A stretch of DNA of 62,301 nucleotides, counting the filler, from Nemertoderma westbladi (lineage: Eukaryota; Animalia; Xenacoelomorpha), in NCBI GenBank assembly GCA_032718475.1. It is 3 parts of 3 records of this genome, joined end to end, with 100 filler letters (N's around TTAATTAATTAA, not from the genome) between each part and the next. Parts side by side here need not be neighbours in the genome. Positions count along the whole stretch, not along the records: positions 16,792 to 41,413 come from JAUCBJ010003974.1; 2 more parts are not named here. One strand, written 5' to 3'. Positions 22,870 through 34,600 of this stretch are shown here, one piece after another (the first letter of the stretch is position 1; each line of letters opens with the position of its first letter). Below the pieces are notes generated by a model. It saw nothing but the letters and a program-made list of their open reading frames with translations. It was not told the origin of the DNA and searched no databases. The position numbers and the translations under genes are program-made.

Positions 22870-25270
22870 AAGTAGGTAGAAGTTAGGTAGTTAGGAGTTA
22901 GTAGGAGGGTACGTGTAGTACCGTTAGTAGAAGAGTTAGTAGGAGGGTACGTGTAGTACCGTTAGTAGAAGAGTTAGTAGGAGGGTACGTAGTACCGTTA
23001 GAGAGTTAGTAAGAGTTAGTAGGTACGTAGTACCTAGTTAGAGTTAGAGTTAGTAGGTACGTAGTACCTAGTTAGAGTTAGAGTTAGTAGGTACGTAGTA
23101 CCTAGAGTTAGAGAGTTAGTAGGTACGTAGTACCTAGAGTTAGTTAGAGAGTCAGTAGGTACGTAGTACCTAGTTAGAGTTAGAGTTAGTAGGTACGTAG
23201 TACCGTTAGAGAGTTAGTAAGAGTTAGTAGGTACGTAGTACCTAGTTAGAGTTAGAGTTAGTAGGTACGTAGTACCTAGAGTTAGAGAGTTAGTAGGTAC
23301 GTAGTACCTAGAGTTAGTTAGAGAGTCAGTAGGTACGTAGTACCTAGTTAGAGTTAGAGTTAGTAGGTACGTAGTACCGTTAGAGAGTTAGTAAGAGTTA
23401 GTAGGTACGTAGTACCTAGTTAGAGTTAGAGTTAGTAGGTACGTAGTACCTAGAGTTAGAGAGTTAGTAGGTACGTAGTACCTAGAGTTAGTTAGAGAGT
23501 CAGTAGGTACGTAGTACCTAGTTAGAGTTAGAGTTAGTAGGTACGTAGTACCGTTAGAGAGTTAGTAAGAGTTAGTAGGTACGTAGTACCTAGTTAGAGT
23601 TAGAGTTAGTAGGTACGTAGTACCTAGAGTTAGAGAGTTAGTAGGTACGTAGTACCTAGAGTTAGTTAGAGAGTCAGTAGGTACGTAGTACCTAGTTAGA
23701 GTTAGAGTTAGAGGGTACGTAGTACCGATAGCTAGAGAGTTAGTAGGTACGTAGTACCTAGTTAGAGAGTTAGTAGGTACGTAGTACCTAGTTAGAGTTA
23801 GAGTTAATAGGTGCGTCGTACCTAGTTAGAGTTAGAGTTAGTAGGTACGTAGTACCTAGAGTTAGAGTTAGTAGGTACGTAGTACCTAGAGTTAGAGAGT
23901 TAGTAGGTACGTAGTACCTAGAGTTAGAGAGTTAGTAGGTACGTAGTACCTAGAGTTAGTTAGAGAGTCAGTAGGTACGTAGTACCTAGTTAGAGTTAGA
24001 GGGTACGTAGTACCGATAGTTAGAGAGTTAGTAAGTACGTAGTACCTAGTTAGAGTTAGAGTTAGAAGGTACGTAGTACCTAGTTAGAGTTAGAGTTAGA
24101 GGGTACGTAGTACCGTTAGTTAGAGTTAGAGTTAGAGGGTACGTAAGTACCGCTAGTTAGTTAGAGTTAGAGGGTACGTAAGTACCGGTTAGAGAGTAAG
24201 AGTTAGAGGGTACGTAAGTACCGGCTATAGAGTAAGAGTTAGAGGGTACGTAGTACCGCTAGCTAGTAGAGAGAGTTAGGAGTAGTAAGAGGGTACGTTG
24301 TACCGCTAGCTAGTAGAGAGAGCTAGAGTAGTAAGAGGGTACGTAGTACCGCTAGTTAGGGGTGTTAGTAGTAGCAGTAGAGGGTTGTGGGCACCGTAAG
24401 CACCACGTAGTTAGAGTTGGTAGGGAATGCGCTGAACTTAGTGGGGCACGGGCGTGATGATGTGTTTGATGTAAGAGCAGGGTATGTTAATTAGAGTTAG
24501 TGGGAGTTAGAGGTTAGTAAGAGGGTACGTAGTACCGGTTGTGGTTGTGGGCACCGTTAGCGCCACGTAGATAGAGGTAGAGTTAGTAAGAGGGTACGTA
24601 GTACCGGTTGTGGTTGTGGGCACCGTTAGCGCCACGTAGAGAGTTAGTAGAGTTAGTTAGAGTTAGTAGTAGTTCACATAATTAACATACCCACTCTGCC
24701 GGCATTCAGAGCGTCACGTGTAGGCGAGTAGACGTAAAGAGAGTAGATGCAAAGGAGGTAAGTTAGAGATAGAGTAGAGTAACAGAGAGGGCACATAGGG
24801 TGCCAGGTAGTAAAGTTAGAGATAGAGTAGAGTAGTAGAGAGGGCACATAGGGTGCCAGGTAGTAGAGTAGAGCAGAGAGGGCAAATAGGGTGCCAGGTA
24901 GTAGAGCTAGAGAGGTAGTTGAGTAGTAGAAGGGCACATAGGGTGCCAGATAGTAGAGTGGTTGTGGGCACCGCAAGCGCCACGTAGTTAGAAGAGTGGA
25001 GTAGAGTTAGTAGAGCTAGTTTAGAGTTAGCAGAGCTAGTGGAGTAGAGTTAGCAGAGCTAGTGGAGTAGAGTTAGTAGAGCTAGTTAGCAGAGTTGGTA
25101 GACTCAGAGGAGTCAAGTAGAGTTAGTAGAACTAGAAAGTTAGTAGGAGTTAGTTAGACTTAGTAGAGAGTTAGAGTCAGTAGAAAGTTAGAGGCTCTCA
25201 GTTAGAGCTAGAAGTAGTAAGAGTTAGTAGTTAGCAGAGTTAGTTAGATAGTTAGAGTTAGTAAGCAGTA
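22870..25270 (+). repeat. C-poor, TAG-rich internal tandem region of the LTR element
   Basis: Dozens of about 30-35-bp units around AGGTACGTAGTACCT and GAGTTA, plus several GTTGTGGGCACCG..AGCGCCACGTAG modules. Confidence 0.9.
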
Positions 25271-26207
25271 GGTAGATAGTATGATAGCACAGGGGTAGCA
25301 TTAGAGATTAAAGCCTTAGGGAGTGACAGAGAGTAGAGGGTAATAGTGCGGAGTGCGAAGAGAGCGTGGGCGCAATTCAAGTGTGGGGGAGGAGAAGTGA
25401 GAGGAAGAGTGTGGGACGAGGAGGTCCGGGGGTATGCGAGAGTTGGAGTAGAGTGGTGAGAGTGTTGGGGAAACAAAAATTGTGTGAGAGAAGCGCACGA
25501 TCGGCCCGACACGAGACGCCAGAGGGTAGTGACATCATACCCATAGGGAGCTGCCTGGAAAGCCGACTCCGAAAAAATATACCCACCCCACGCCCGATGC
25601 TAGATCGGGATCCAGCGGAATTGTAGCGCACTTGAGTTGGATGCTATCTTCTTACCGGGAAGATAGCATGGGGGGGAGTGTTAGCTTATCCAATTCCGCT
25701 AACACAAACCCATAGAGTGAGCCATAAAGCAATATTGGGAGCCTATTGTCAGCCCAGTAAACGGGGACAATAGGCCCCAAAGGAGACACACACAATAAGG
25801 GTCAGGGGTTACTCCCCTGACAAGAGAGAGAACAGCAAGGGCGAAGGGAAGCACTTCAGAGGGGGGCAAAGGGTGCCAACAGGGGTATCAACCAATCAGA
25901 GGGGGGAAAGGCATCGATTGAGTAGCAATAAGGCCACCGTGCAATATAACCAGTTACCAGTAATCATACCGGTCAGTTATTCAGTTTACTCAGTCAGATC
26001 AGTAGGGTGGAACGGGGACTTCTGTCACCGTCCGCTACCGCCATCATACTTATATTACCTGTTGTGTCATACTATATTATATACATATCAGACTATTATA
26101 CCTTATACATATAACCGGACACCAGAACTATTTTACCTTTCACATACGGCGGGGACGCGTGGATAGAAAACCCAACGGATAAACCGGGATCCGTAGATCC
26201 CGTCACA

Positions 26208-26444
26208 CTCAGGCCCGGAGATACTAAGTCCGGCCCGGAGATACTATCTCAGGCCCGGAGATACTAAGTCCGGCCCGGAGATACTAAGTCCGGCCCGGAG
26301 ATACTAAGTCCGGCCCGGAGATACTATCTCAGGCCCGGAGATACTAAGTCTGGCCCGGAGATACTAAGTCCAGCCCGGAGATACTAAGTCCGGCCCGGAG
26401 ATACTATCTCAGGCCCGGAGATACTATCTCAGGCCCAGAGATAT
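26208..26444 (+). repeat. Left subterminal 20-bp array, second part
   Basis: The array resumes in register right after the 3' LTR. Confidence 0.95.
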
Positions 26445-26778
26445 CAGGGAGGGAAATTCAAATTAAGTATTTAAGTAGGTGGTGGGTGTGGTGTTGCACT
26501 GGCTGACTTACCAATGGCCAGTACTGCAGTAGTCCTATAGTCACGCCCCGAAATTGAGTAGGCCTACCGGACTGGTACTTGTACAGGAGTAGGCCTTACC
26601 AATAGTCCAAGGCCTAATACTGGCAATGTTCTACCTTAGTAGTATACACTTTATACTACCGTAGTATATACTGTACTGTCCTTACAGTTACCGGTACCAA
26701 ACTGGTTCTTTAAATACCGTATATGGATTAGTTGTTAATTACAGAATTAGCAGCCTGTCAGTATAGAACAACAAAAGT

Positions 26779-29534
26779 ATGTCTTCAGAAAATGAGAATG
26801 ATTTGGTTAAATTTCTCCGCGAAGTTAGAGGTATGGATTCAATGTTAACTGAAAAACTACTTGAAGAGAATATCGACGAATCCGTCGTGATACTAATGGA
26901 AGATAGCGTGCTATCTACATATATTCCAAAATTTGGAGATCGTGTGACCGCGGTAGCCTTTGCTAAATTGAAGATGAGAAATCTTGGTGAGTCCAGTAAT
27001 ACAAACGTGATTAGTGAAGAATCGCGTAAATCTCGAATAGATAGAATTAAACTGAAGCTGGGAGCTTGTGGAAATAATAGAAATAATACCGGTATTAAGC
27101 CTTCCACTGAATCTGTTAAAGAAAAGTTGGAAATGAAAAGAAAAGTTAATCGTCGCATTGACATAGGTTGGTTGTTTTTCGACGACCTTACAAAGTCTTC
27201 TTACAAGTTAGAAAGTCTTCAGGAGGTGGAACTCGTCATGTCTCCATCTCGTCTGAAGCCAACATATATGATGTTCTCACCCAAGGAAAACAACTGTTTT
27301 TTCCTAATAGTGTTTCTTCGAAAGGTTCTGAAAATCTTTTTGATTTTGAGGTACGTGACTTCCAGCAGCGCACTTTTGATACCTACTCAATAACTATTTC
27401 TGATATTTATGAGGCAACAAAACTTAAAGTTCTTTCTTTGTATATCTGTACCAAACCAAAAAAAGAAATTGTATTGCACGATAGGCCTACTGATAGGGAT
27501 GTTAGTGAAGCGAGACAGCTTACCGAAAATGACTTTATTGATACGGAAATGCAAATGGATGACCCTGAACCCCAACAAGATAATGAGTTAAGTGTCGATG
27601 CACCTGATCTTATTGAACTCGAGCAAGATAATGAGTTCAATGTCATGGAACCTGATGCTCTTGAATTTGATCACAATAATACAGATACCGGTACCCTTCA
27701 AAATCGTGATAATAGTGAATCTCTTTTCGATGTTTTACGTCGTTTTGAGCGTGATATTGTGAATGATACTGCTATGAAGAATATCGTAAATGTTGATAGA
27801 AATGACGTATTTGATGGTGGTAGTAGAGGGTTTCTAAGATCGACATTTAATATGTCTGCTCTTCTAGATATCAAGTTTGCTGATGAGGATGGGATTGACG
27901 AGGGAGGCCCTATGAGGGAGTATATGCGTTTAGCTTTGTTGGCTATACAAGCTTTACCTATATTCGAAGGAAATGAGAACTGTAAAATGCTTTGTCTCAA
28001 TTACAACAGTGAGTATAAGTATAACGGTATTTGAGAAACTATTATAAACATTGCCCATCTTATTCAACCAATCAAATGTACAGTTAATGCATTATTACTA
28101 CAATATTAATAAATTATATTGATAAAATATATAAAATATAATTAAATATATATGTCAATTATATATTATATATAAATTATTTATATATAAAATATAATTA
28201 AATATATATGTCAATTATATATTATATATAAATTATTTATATATAAAATATAATTATATAAAGAAATTTTCATTAATTTAAATTATTTTCAGGTTTAAAT
28301 AAGAAATGTTACTTTGTTGCCGCAAAAATGATAACCTATTTCATCTTACACCGTGGACCATTTCCATCGTTCTTCTCAACCTTATTGTTTAAAATGGTAC
28401 TGTGTCGGCACTCATTAGATCTAGATGAGATTCCATTATCTACATCTGATATTTCTGACTATGAATGGCGCAGTCAGATTGAGGTGGTAAGTTTTGGTGA
28501 TGGTCTACTTAAATAAAAAATATTTCAGTTAACATTGTGTAAGGCAGGCAGCATCAGCAGTTGAAAGGTACAAAAATAATAATTAATACTCTCTCGACCC
28601 TTTATTAACCTCGTTGGCGCTTGGTAAATAAAATACCTTGAGAATAATGAAAAAAGTTCTACTTTTTTCCCATGTAATAAATAATTATTAGAATTTGACC
28701 TATTATTTAATTGATTGCAGGTTTCAGTCTGGATTTCAATCAATCGGCCTACTCGATGAAATTCGAAAGAATCCTACTTTATGGGAAGACGTATTTATCT
28801 TCCGTAGTCAAGAATTGGACCTGGTTATTGTTGAAGAAGTTTTTACGGTTCAATGGTCCGAGGAAGGGGGAAACCGCCGACGACGAGAAAGGCGAACACA
28901 GACCTATTGGAGAGATTTTCTGCAGGATTTAAATGGTATTTTAGAATTTAATAAAGTACCATCTTTACTATAATAAGCACCCCATGCGATTAAATTTCCG
29001 GGAGGGGGAGGGGGGGGGGGGGTGATTTTCTAATAATACAAGCCACATAGTCCTTATTTACTGTTTTATATTTGATTTATTTATTTCAAGTCAAGTGTTG
29101 GGGTGAAACCTACCGTTCAACTGACAGCTGCTAATAATTGATTGCATGCATGTCTGGCCTGGGTCACCAGACATATCAGTACCTTGACTTGAAATAAATA
29201 TATAAATATAACTTTTCAAGCTTTCCTTATCATTATTTTCTGTATGCCTATTTTAGAGGGAATTTATGTTCAAGAAATCGCAACTTCTGTTAATCTCAAG
29301 GATCTGATGGTGTTCGTTACCGGGTCTGATAATGTTCCTGCTTTAGGATTCAGTCCATCACCACGTGTCTCCTTCATTCACAATGAAGACGTTACTAATC
29401 CAATCTACATCGGAATGCCCCGTGTGAATACGTGTGCGATGGAATTGAAGTTACCCATCTTGGACGATTACGACACATTTAAGTTCCGTTTAGTCAATGC
29501 AATTCAAATGCTAACGACATTTAGTGTTGAGTGA
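26779..29534 (+). pseudogene. Spliced G2E3-like HECT E3 ubiquitin ligase gene carried by the transposon; disrupted in this copy
   Basis: Exons 26779-28008, 28293-28486, remnant 28529-28567, 28721-28935, 29257-29534, all with GT/AG. HECT motifs F.DEDGIDEGGPMREY, LMVFVTGSDNVPALGF and catalytic PRVNTC. Frameshift near 27195; the third exon is phase-incompatible. Confidence 0.82.
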
Positions 29535-29604
29535 CACTCTATCAAACCGAAATATTTGCATTAAACTAATAATTATAAACTATCAAAAATGTACATATCA
29601 TCAT

Positions 29605-29742
29605 TTTATGCAATATCAATACAATCACTTGCATTGTCAGTGCATTTTATGCAATATCAATACAATCACTTGCATTGTCAGTGCATTTTATGCAATATCA
29701 ATACAATCACTTGCATTGTCAGTGCATTTTATGCAATATCAA
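29605..29742. repeat. 41-bp tandem repeat between the convergent genes
   Basis: About 3.4 copies of CATTTTATGCAATATCAATACAATCACTTGCATTGTCAGTG. Confidence 0.9.
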
Positions 29743-29972
29743 TATTTTTTTAGTCTATTTACATTGTAGTTCGTTATCACAGTTATGTTGTTACTGTTTC
29801 AACTCACTGAAATTGTTTCAGAAATATGTTTAACTTGTTTTAGTCTATTTACATTGTAGTCCGTTCCGTTATCACAGTTATATTGTATATTGTACAATTG
29901 AAATTGTTTCAAAAATATATATTAAAGTTATTACTCTATTTCTATTTACAATAGTCTGGTCTCCTGATATCG

Positions 29973-31623
29973 CTAGTGTCCAATAATTAACCTTTCCATC
30001 TCAGGGATCAATATAATATAAAGGTTTTTAGCTTGTTCCGTTGTAACTACGGGCTGTATTCTAAATCTTTGCATAAATTCTATGCATAACTCGTATATAT
30101 CTTTATCACAATGACCAGTAGCGGTCCGGAATAATGCTTCTTCTCGGCAAATGTCTATGTCATCTGCGATAACTTGACATAATTGATTTGTTTTGCCCCA
30201 AAGTTCTGGGAATCGAAACATATTATTGGGTTTACCAGAAGGTACATTCAAATTCCGCGATGGCCTAATTCTATGTGTGTTCCACATACTCGCTACTTTA
30301 TCTAGTTCATCCTGGATTATCGCCATGAAACAAAATCTAATAATTTCCTTGTGTAGGTCACTGCCATTAAATAGGCCAGAATCTTGGAAAGATTTAAAGA
30401 AGTCCATCCAATACTCTGTGCACTGCCTTCTAAGTGACCCCCACCAAGATTCGATTCGTTGGTTGGCAGTACTTGCCCCATCAATATAGCTATGTTGTGG
30501 TATATCATCACCATCGCGTCTTAATAATCTCTGGAAGTCCTTCACACGCACGTTCTCAGTTCCAAAATCACCCCTAACTATTCGTGGACAGCCATTGTAT
30601 TTGGACACTGCTTCTAGGAAATAACCACCAATTATTTTGGAATCATTATTTGTGTTATACGAGTTCAACCAGATGACTTTCGGGTCAAAATCACTTTAAA
30701 GTGACAAAATTTATGCTAAAATTTTAAATGTTAAATTTAAAATGTTAAAATTTATGTTGAAAGTAAATCGCTAGAAAAGAAAACGCAACCGCCTCCATAT
30801 CAATGGAGGCGGTTTTTGTCAACAAAAATTATTATAACAATAATTTTTCAAACATTAATAACTAGAATGCCAGCAAGCCGGCTATAAGAAGACCATCAGG
30901 GCTTCTCATAGCCACCTATAAAAAACATAATTTAGAACTGCCAATGATCGATCTCGGGTCCCTACTATTACAGATACAGCGCTCTACCAACTGGGCTACG
31001 GGTTCCCTAGGTAATTTATGAGTAAATTGTGCACATACAGACGTTTTTTTTGGCAGCAATAAGCCCTAACGGTCTTCTAATATAATATGGCTTGCATGGC
31101 CAATTTATAAACGGTTTTTTGATAACAAGTGCTTTGGTCACATTTAGTAATTTTTACCTTTTCTCGAAAAACCGTCAATGCAACCGCTGATACAAATTCC
31201 ATATGGCTTCAACTTGTCATAACCATCAAGGTGCCAAATGAAATTCGGCCCCCTGGCGTAATACTGGCGACAGCGCAAACGCCTTGTCGAACGCCACTCT
31301 GTTGCTTCGGGATCTAGGTCGCGCAGAATCTGATGGACGTCCTCTTTCCGGACTCTAAGACCGGCTAACAAACACTTTGTATGCATCATGCGGTAACCAT
31401 GGAGACATCCCGATCCGGCTATTTCATTTGAAATAAAATTAATTACTTCATTTGACGTTGAGTAATTATTCCTTCTTCTCAAACGTAAATGATGTAAAAT
31501 TCGTTTTATTTGTCGCACACTAATGATAATGTTATGATTGGTATATAACATCGATGCTATTTCACTATAGCGTAAGCCTAAATCAAAATAACCCGCTATC
31601 ATCTCATCACGATCGTCCATCAT
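29973..31623 (-). CDS. Integrase-core (DDE) transposase, 389 aa if 30677-31157 is spliced out
   Basis: Segments 31623-31158 and 30676-29973 join as GFSRK-VIWL. Motifs WHLDGYDKL, RGDFGTEN and NQRIESWW give a D-D-E triad. Helical HTH-like N-terminus. Confidence 0.85.
30677..31157 (-). mobile_element. 481-bp MITE-like insertion or intron in the transposase
   Basis: Starts GT and ends AG on the minus strand; imperfect about 27-bp terminal inverted repeats; internal inverted repeats; tRNA-like core near 30935-31000. Confidence 0.7.
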
Positions 31624-31978
31624 TAAGATCGAGCAATAACCGAAGTCAACCTTTAAACGTTTAAAGCAATGTATACAGAAAATTAATAAAGGATTGTAAG
31701 CACAAGAAAGCAATCAAAGAAAATTAAAAACTTACTGTCAAACTGTGTAGAATGCGAAACATAAAATGAAGTTAATATTTTACTTCAACCCTACCTTACC
31801 CCAATCTCAGAAATTGAAATGTGAAACTCAATTTACATGTCCCCGCCAGGATGTCTGTACTTGTAGAACAGCCATTGATCTGGAATTGAGAATCCAATTA
31901 GTTGATTGGCTGCAATTTGTTTCTGTTGATTGCTGTCTGTGTTAGGGCTATAACACCTATGAACTTGTTCTGTACTTT

Positions 31979-32968
31979 TGAGATACAGTATCTCCGGGCC
32001 TGAGATAGTATCTCCGGGCCTGAGATAGTATCTCCGGGCCGGACTTAGTATCTCTGGGCCGGACTTAGTATCTCCGGGCCGGACTTAGTATCTCCGGGCC
32101 TGAGATAGTATCTCCGGGCCGGACTTAGTATCTCCGGGCCGGACTTAGTATCTCCGGGCCTGAGATAGTATCTCCGGGCCGGACTTAGTATCTCCGGGCC
32201 GGACTTAGTATCTCCGGGCCGGACTTAGTATCTCCGGGCCGGACTTAGTATCTCCGGGCCGGACTTAGTATCTCCGGGCCTGAGATAGTATCTCCGGGCC
32301 TGAGATAGTATCTCCGGGCCGGACTTAGTATCTCCGGGCCTGAGATAGTATCTCCGGGCCGGACTTAGTATCTCCGGGCCAGACTTAGTATCTCCGGGCC
32401 GGACTTAGTATCTCCGGGCCTGAGATAGTATCTCCGGGCCGGACTTAGTATCTCCAGGCCGGACTTAGTATCTCCGGGCCTGAGATAGTATCTCCGGGCC
32501 GGACTTAGTATCTCCAGGCTGGACTTAGTATCTCCGGGCCGGACTTAGTATCTCCGGGCCGGACTTAGTATCTCCGGGCCGGACTTAGTATCTCCGGGCC
32601 TGAGATAGTATCTCCGGGCCTGAGATAGTATCTCCGGGCCGGACTTAGTATCTCCGGGCCGGACTTAGTATCTTCGGGCCTGAGATAGTCTCTCCGGGCC
32701 GGACTTAGTATCTCCGGGCCGGACTTAGTATCTCCAGGCCTGAGATAGTATCTCCAGGCCGGACTTAGTATCTCTGGGCCGGACTTAGTATCTCCGGGCC
32801 GGACTTAGTATCTCCGGGCCAGACTTAGTATCTCCGGGCCAGACTTAGTATCTCCGGGCCAGACTTAGTATCTCCGGGCCGGACTTAGTATCTCCGGGCC
32901 GGACTTAGTATCTCCGGGCCGGACTTAGTATCTCCGGGCCTGAGATAGTATCTCCGGGCCGGACATAG
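31979..32968 (-). repeat. Right subterminal 20-bp array, about 49 units
   Basis: Reverse complement of the left-array units. Confidence 0.95.
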
Positions 32969-33834
32969 AAAAAAAAGGGGAAACCAATGTCCCTTTAGGG
33001 GCTCCGTACACCCATCTCCAGTATTTTTCGTGCTAAGATTTTCAAAAGTTTTTATAATTCACTAAAATTAATTTATTTGCGGTATTTGCGGTTTTTCACG
33101 ATTACTGACTTCAATTATAACATTCGAGAGAAATTTGGGTAAGTTTGAATTAGGAATGTGCCCTCTGGGGCACGAAAAAAACAAGTAGTGCAAATGTGAT
33201 AATGAAAATCAATCAAATTGATTTTTATGACCATATAGGTTTTTTGGGATGCTGATAACGAATATGACAATGAAATATATCGTACATTGTTGATTAGGTC
33301 ATTTTTTAATATGTGTCAATGTGACACACAAAAAATACAAGTAGCACAAATTTGATAATCGAAATCATTACCAGGTCAACCTGATTTTTAAACAGTTGCG
33401 TTACAACGAATGATTTTCAACGAGTTGAATCACGATCAGCGACCTTGGAAACCAGTATAGCTTCAGAATTACCAAACCCACGGCAGCATTTAACAGTTTA
33501 TAATTTGTGCTACTTGTACTTTACGTTCTGGGGCACCAGAATGGCACCATAACCTTGTTTGCATTACCAAAAATATTCATAAATAGTTTTATCGTGATTA
33601 GCAACCTCGAAAACCCATATGATCCAATGATGTTGCCAAGATCTAAGAAGATTTTTATTTTTATTATTAAATTCTGTTAACAATTTGCCAATAATTGTAT
33701 AATTATAATATAGTCAATGTCGCAAAATAACATTCAAAACAAACAATCTAGTGTTATCTAAAATATACCAATCAGTCAGCATGTATAATAGTCGACAGAA
33801 TTGTTGTTATTTCCACCGGTAATTGCATGTCCTT

Positions 33835-34600
33835 TATATGCCTGGGAAGCCAGAATCATCTTCTAACCCAAGACCAGAACGCCACTTGACTCACGATCCT
33901 CAGAGGCAATGAGACGTCTCGTGAATGATAGGGAACTGAACGCGCTTCCTCACCCAGCTCATCGTAACGTAATGCTGTACAGCTTCGACCAGTTTGCGCT
34001 CAACCTGCTGGCCATTGTCCGTAACAGCTTGTTGGCGTGCGGCGCATGGACCGCATCACACGTAGCTACAAAGGGGGGCAAAATCGCCACGACGAAGCTC
34101 AACAGCTGCCGAGTAGATTCGTCTCTTCTTATTCTCCGTTGCTTCCAGGACAGCCATTGGGACGTGATTCGCATAATACTCGGTGTCAAGGTTGGTAGAC
34201 CTAATGTCGAGCAACGCCTGACTGAAGCTGTCTTCCGCGCCTCCTGGAGGCACTCGAGGTGGCTGGGCATCCGGAACTCCTCTACTCCGAATATGGCTCT
34301 CTTAAGGACTCCTCCTCCTCGTGGACGAGGAGGAGGATGTGAACTCTCGGTCAGCTTTGTCCCTCGGGTTGCAGTCCACGTCCAAGTCCACCTTGTTGGG
34401 GGGACAGAGCAAATAAACTGCACTCCTCCAACGAGATGCTGCTGTTTAGAACCGCTGGAAGAATTAGCTGGGCAATTGCACATTCCAGTGGTTCAAATAA
34501 ACTCTCACAGTCAGGAGTGACTCTCTGAAGATAGGCCCAATCTCGTTGTAGTGAGATTACCATGACTGAGACGGCAGACTGTGGCTAGCACTGGGCCATG
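33835..34600 (-). mobile_element. Degenerate CRE-like non-LTR retrotransposon 3' fragment
   Basis: SLQRDWAYLQRVTP..FALSPQQGGLG, and a restriction-like endonuclease region LDIR..ENKKRRIY..RRGDFAPL; frameshifted. Confidence 0.7.

Larger units (their letters stand above)
18388..26207 (+). mobile_element. Non-autonomous BEL/Pao-like LTR retrotransposon
   Basis: LTRs 18388-18907 and 25679-26207 (TG..CA, near-identical), 5-bp TSD CTCAG (18383-18387, 26208-26212), PPT GGGGGGGAG before the 3' LTR. No protease, RT, RNase H or integrase core seen. Confidence 0.92.
18067..33008. mobile_element. DNA transposon (IS3EU-like) carrying a DDE transposase and a HECT E3 gene, with inverted subterminal 20-bp arrays
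   Basis: Left CCCCTTTTTTTTCTAAGTCCGG+array mirrors right array+CCGGACATAGAAAAAAAGGGG. The right end continues to ...GGGGCTCCGTA (33008). The outermost about 28 bp do not match on the left and no TSD was found. Confidence 0.75.

Noticed and set aside
33909-34520. 203-aa plus-strand ORF
   Set aside because: Antisense to the CRE-like LINE fragment; no independent coding evidence.
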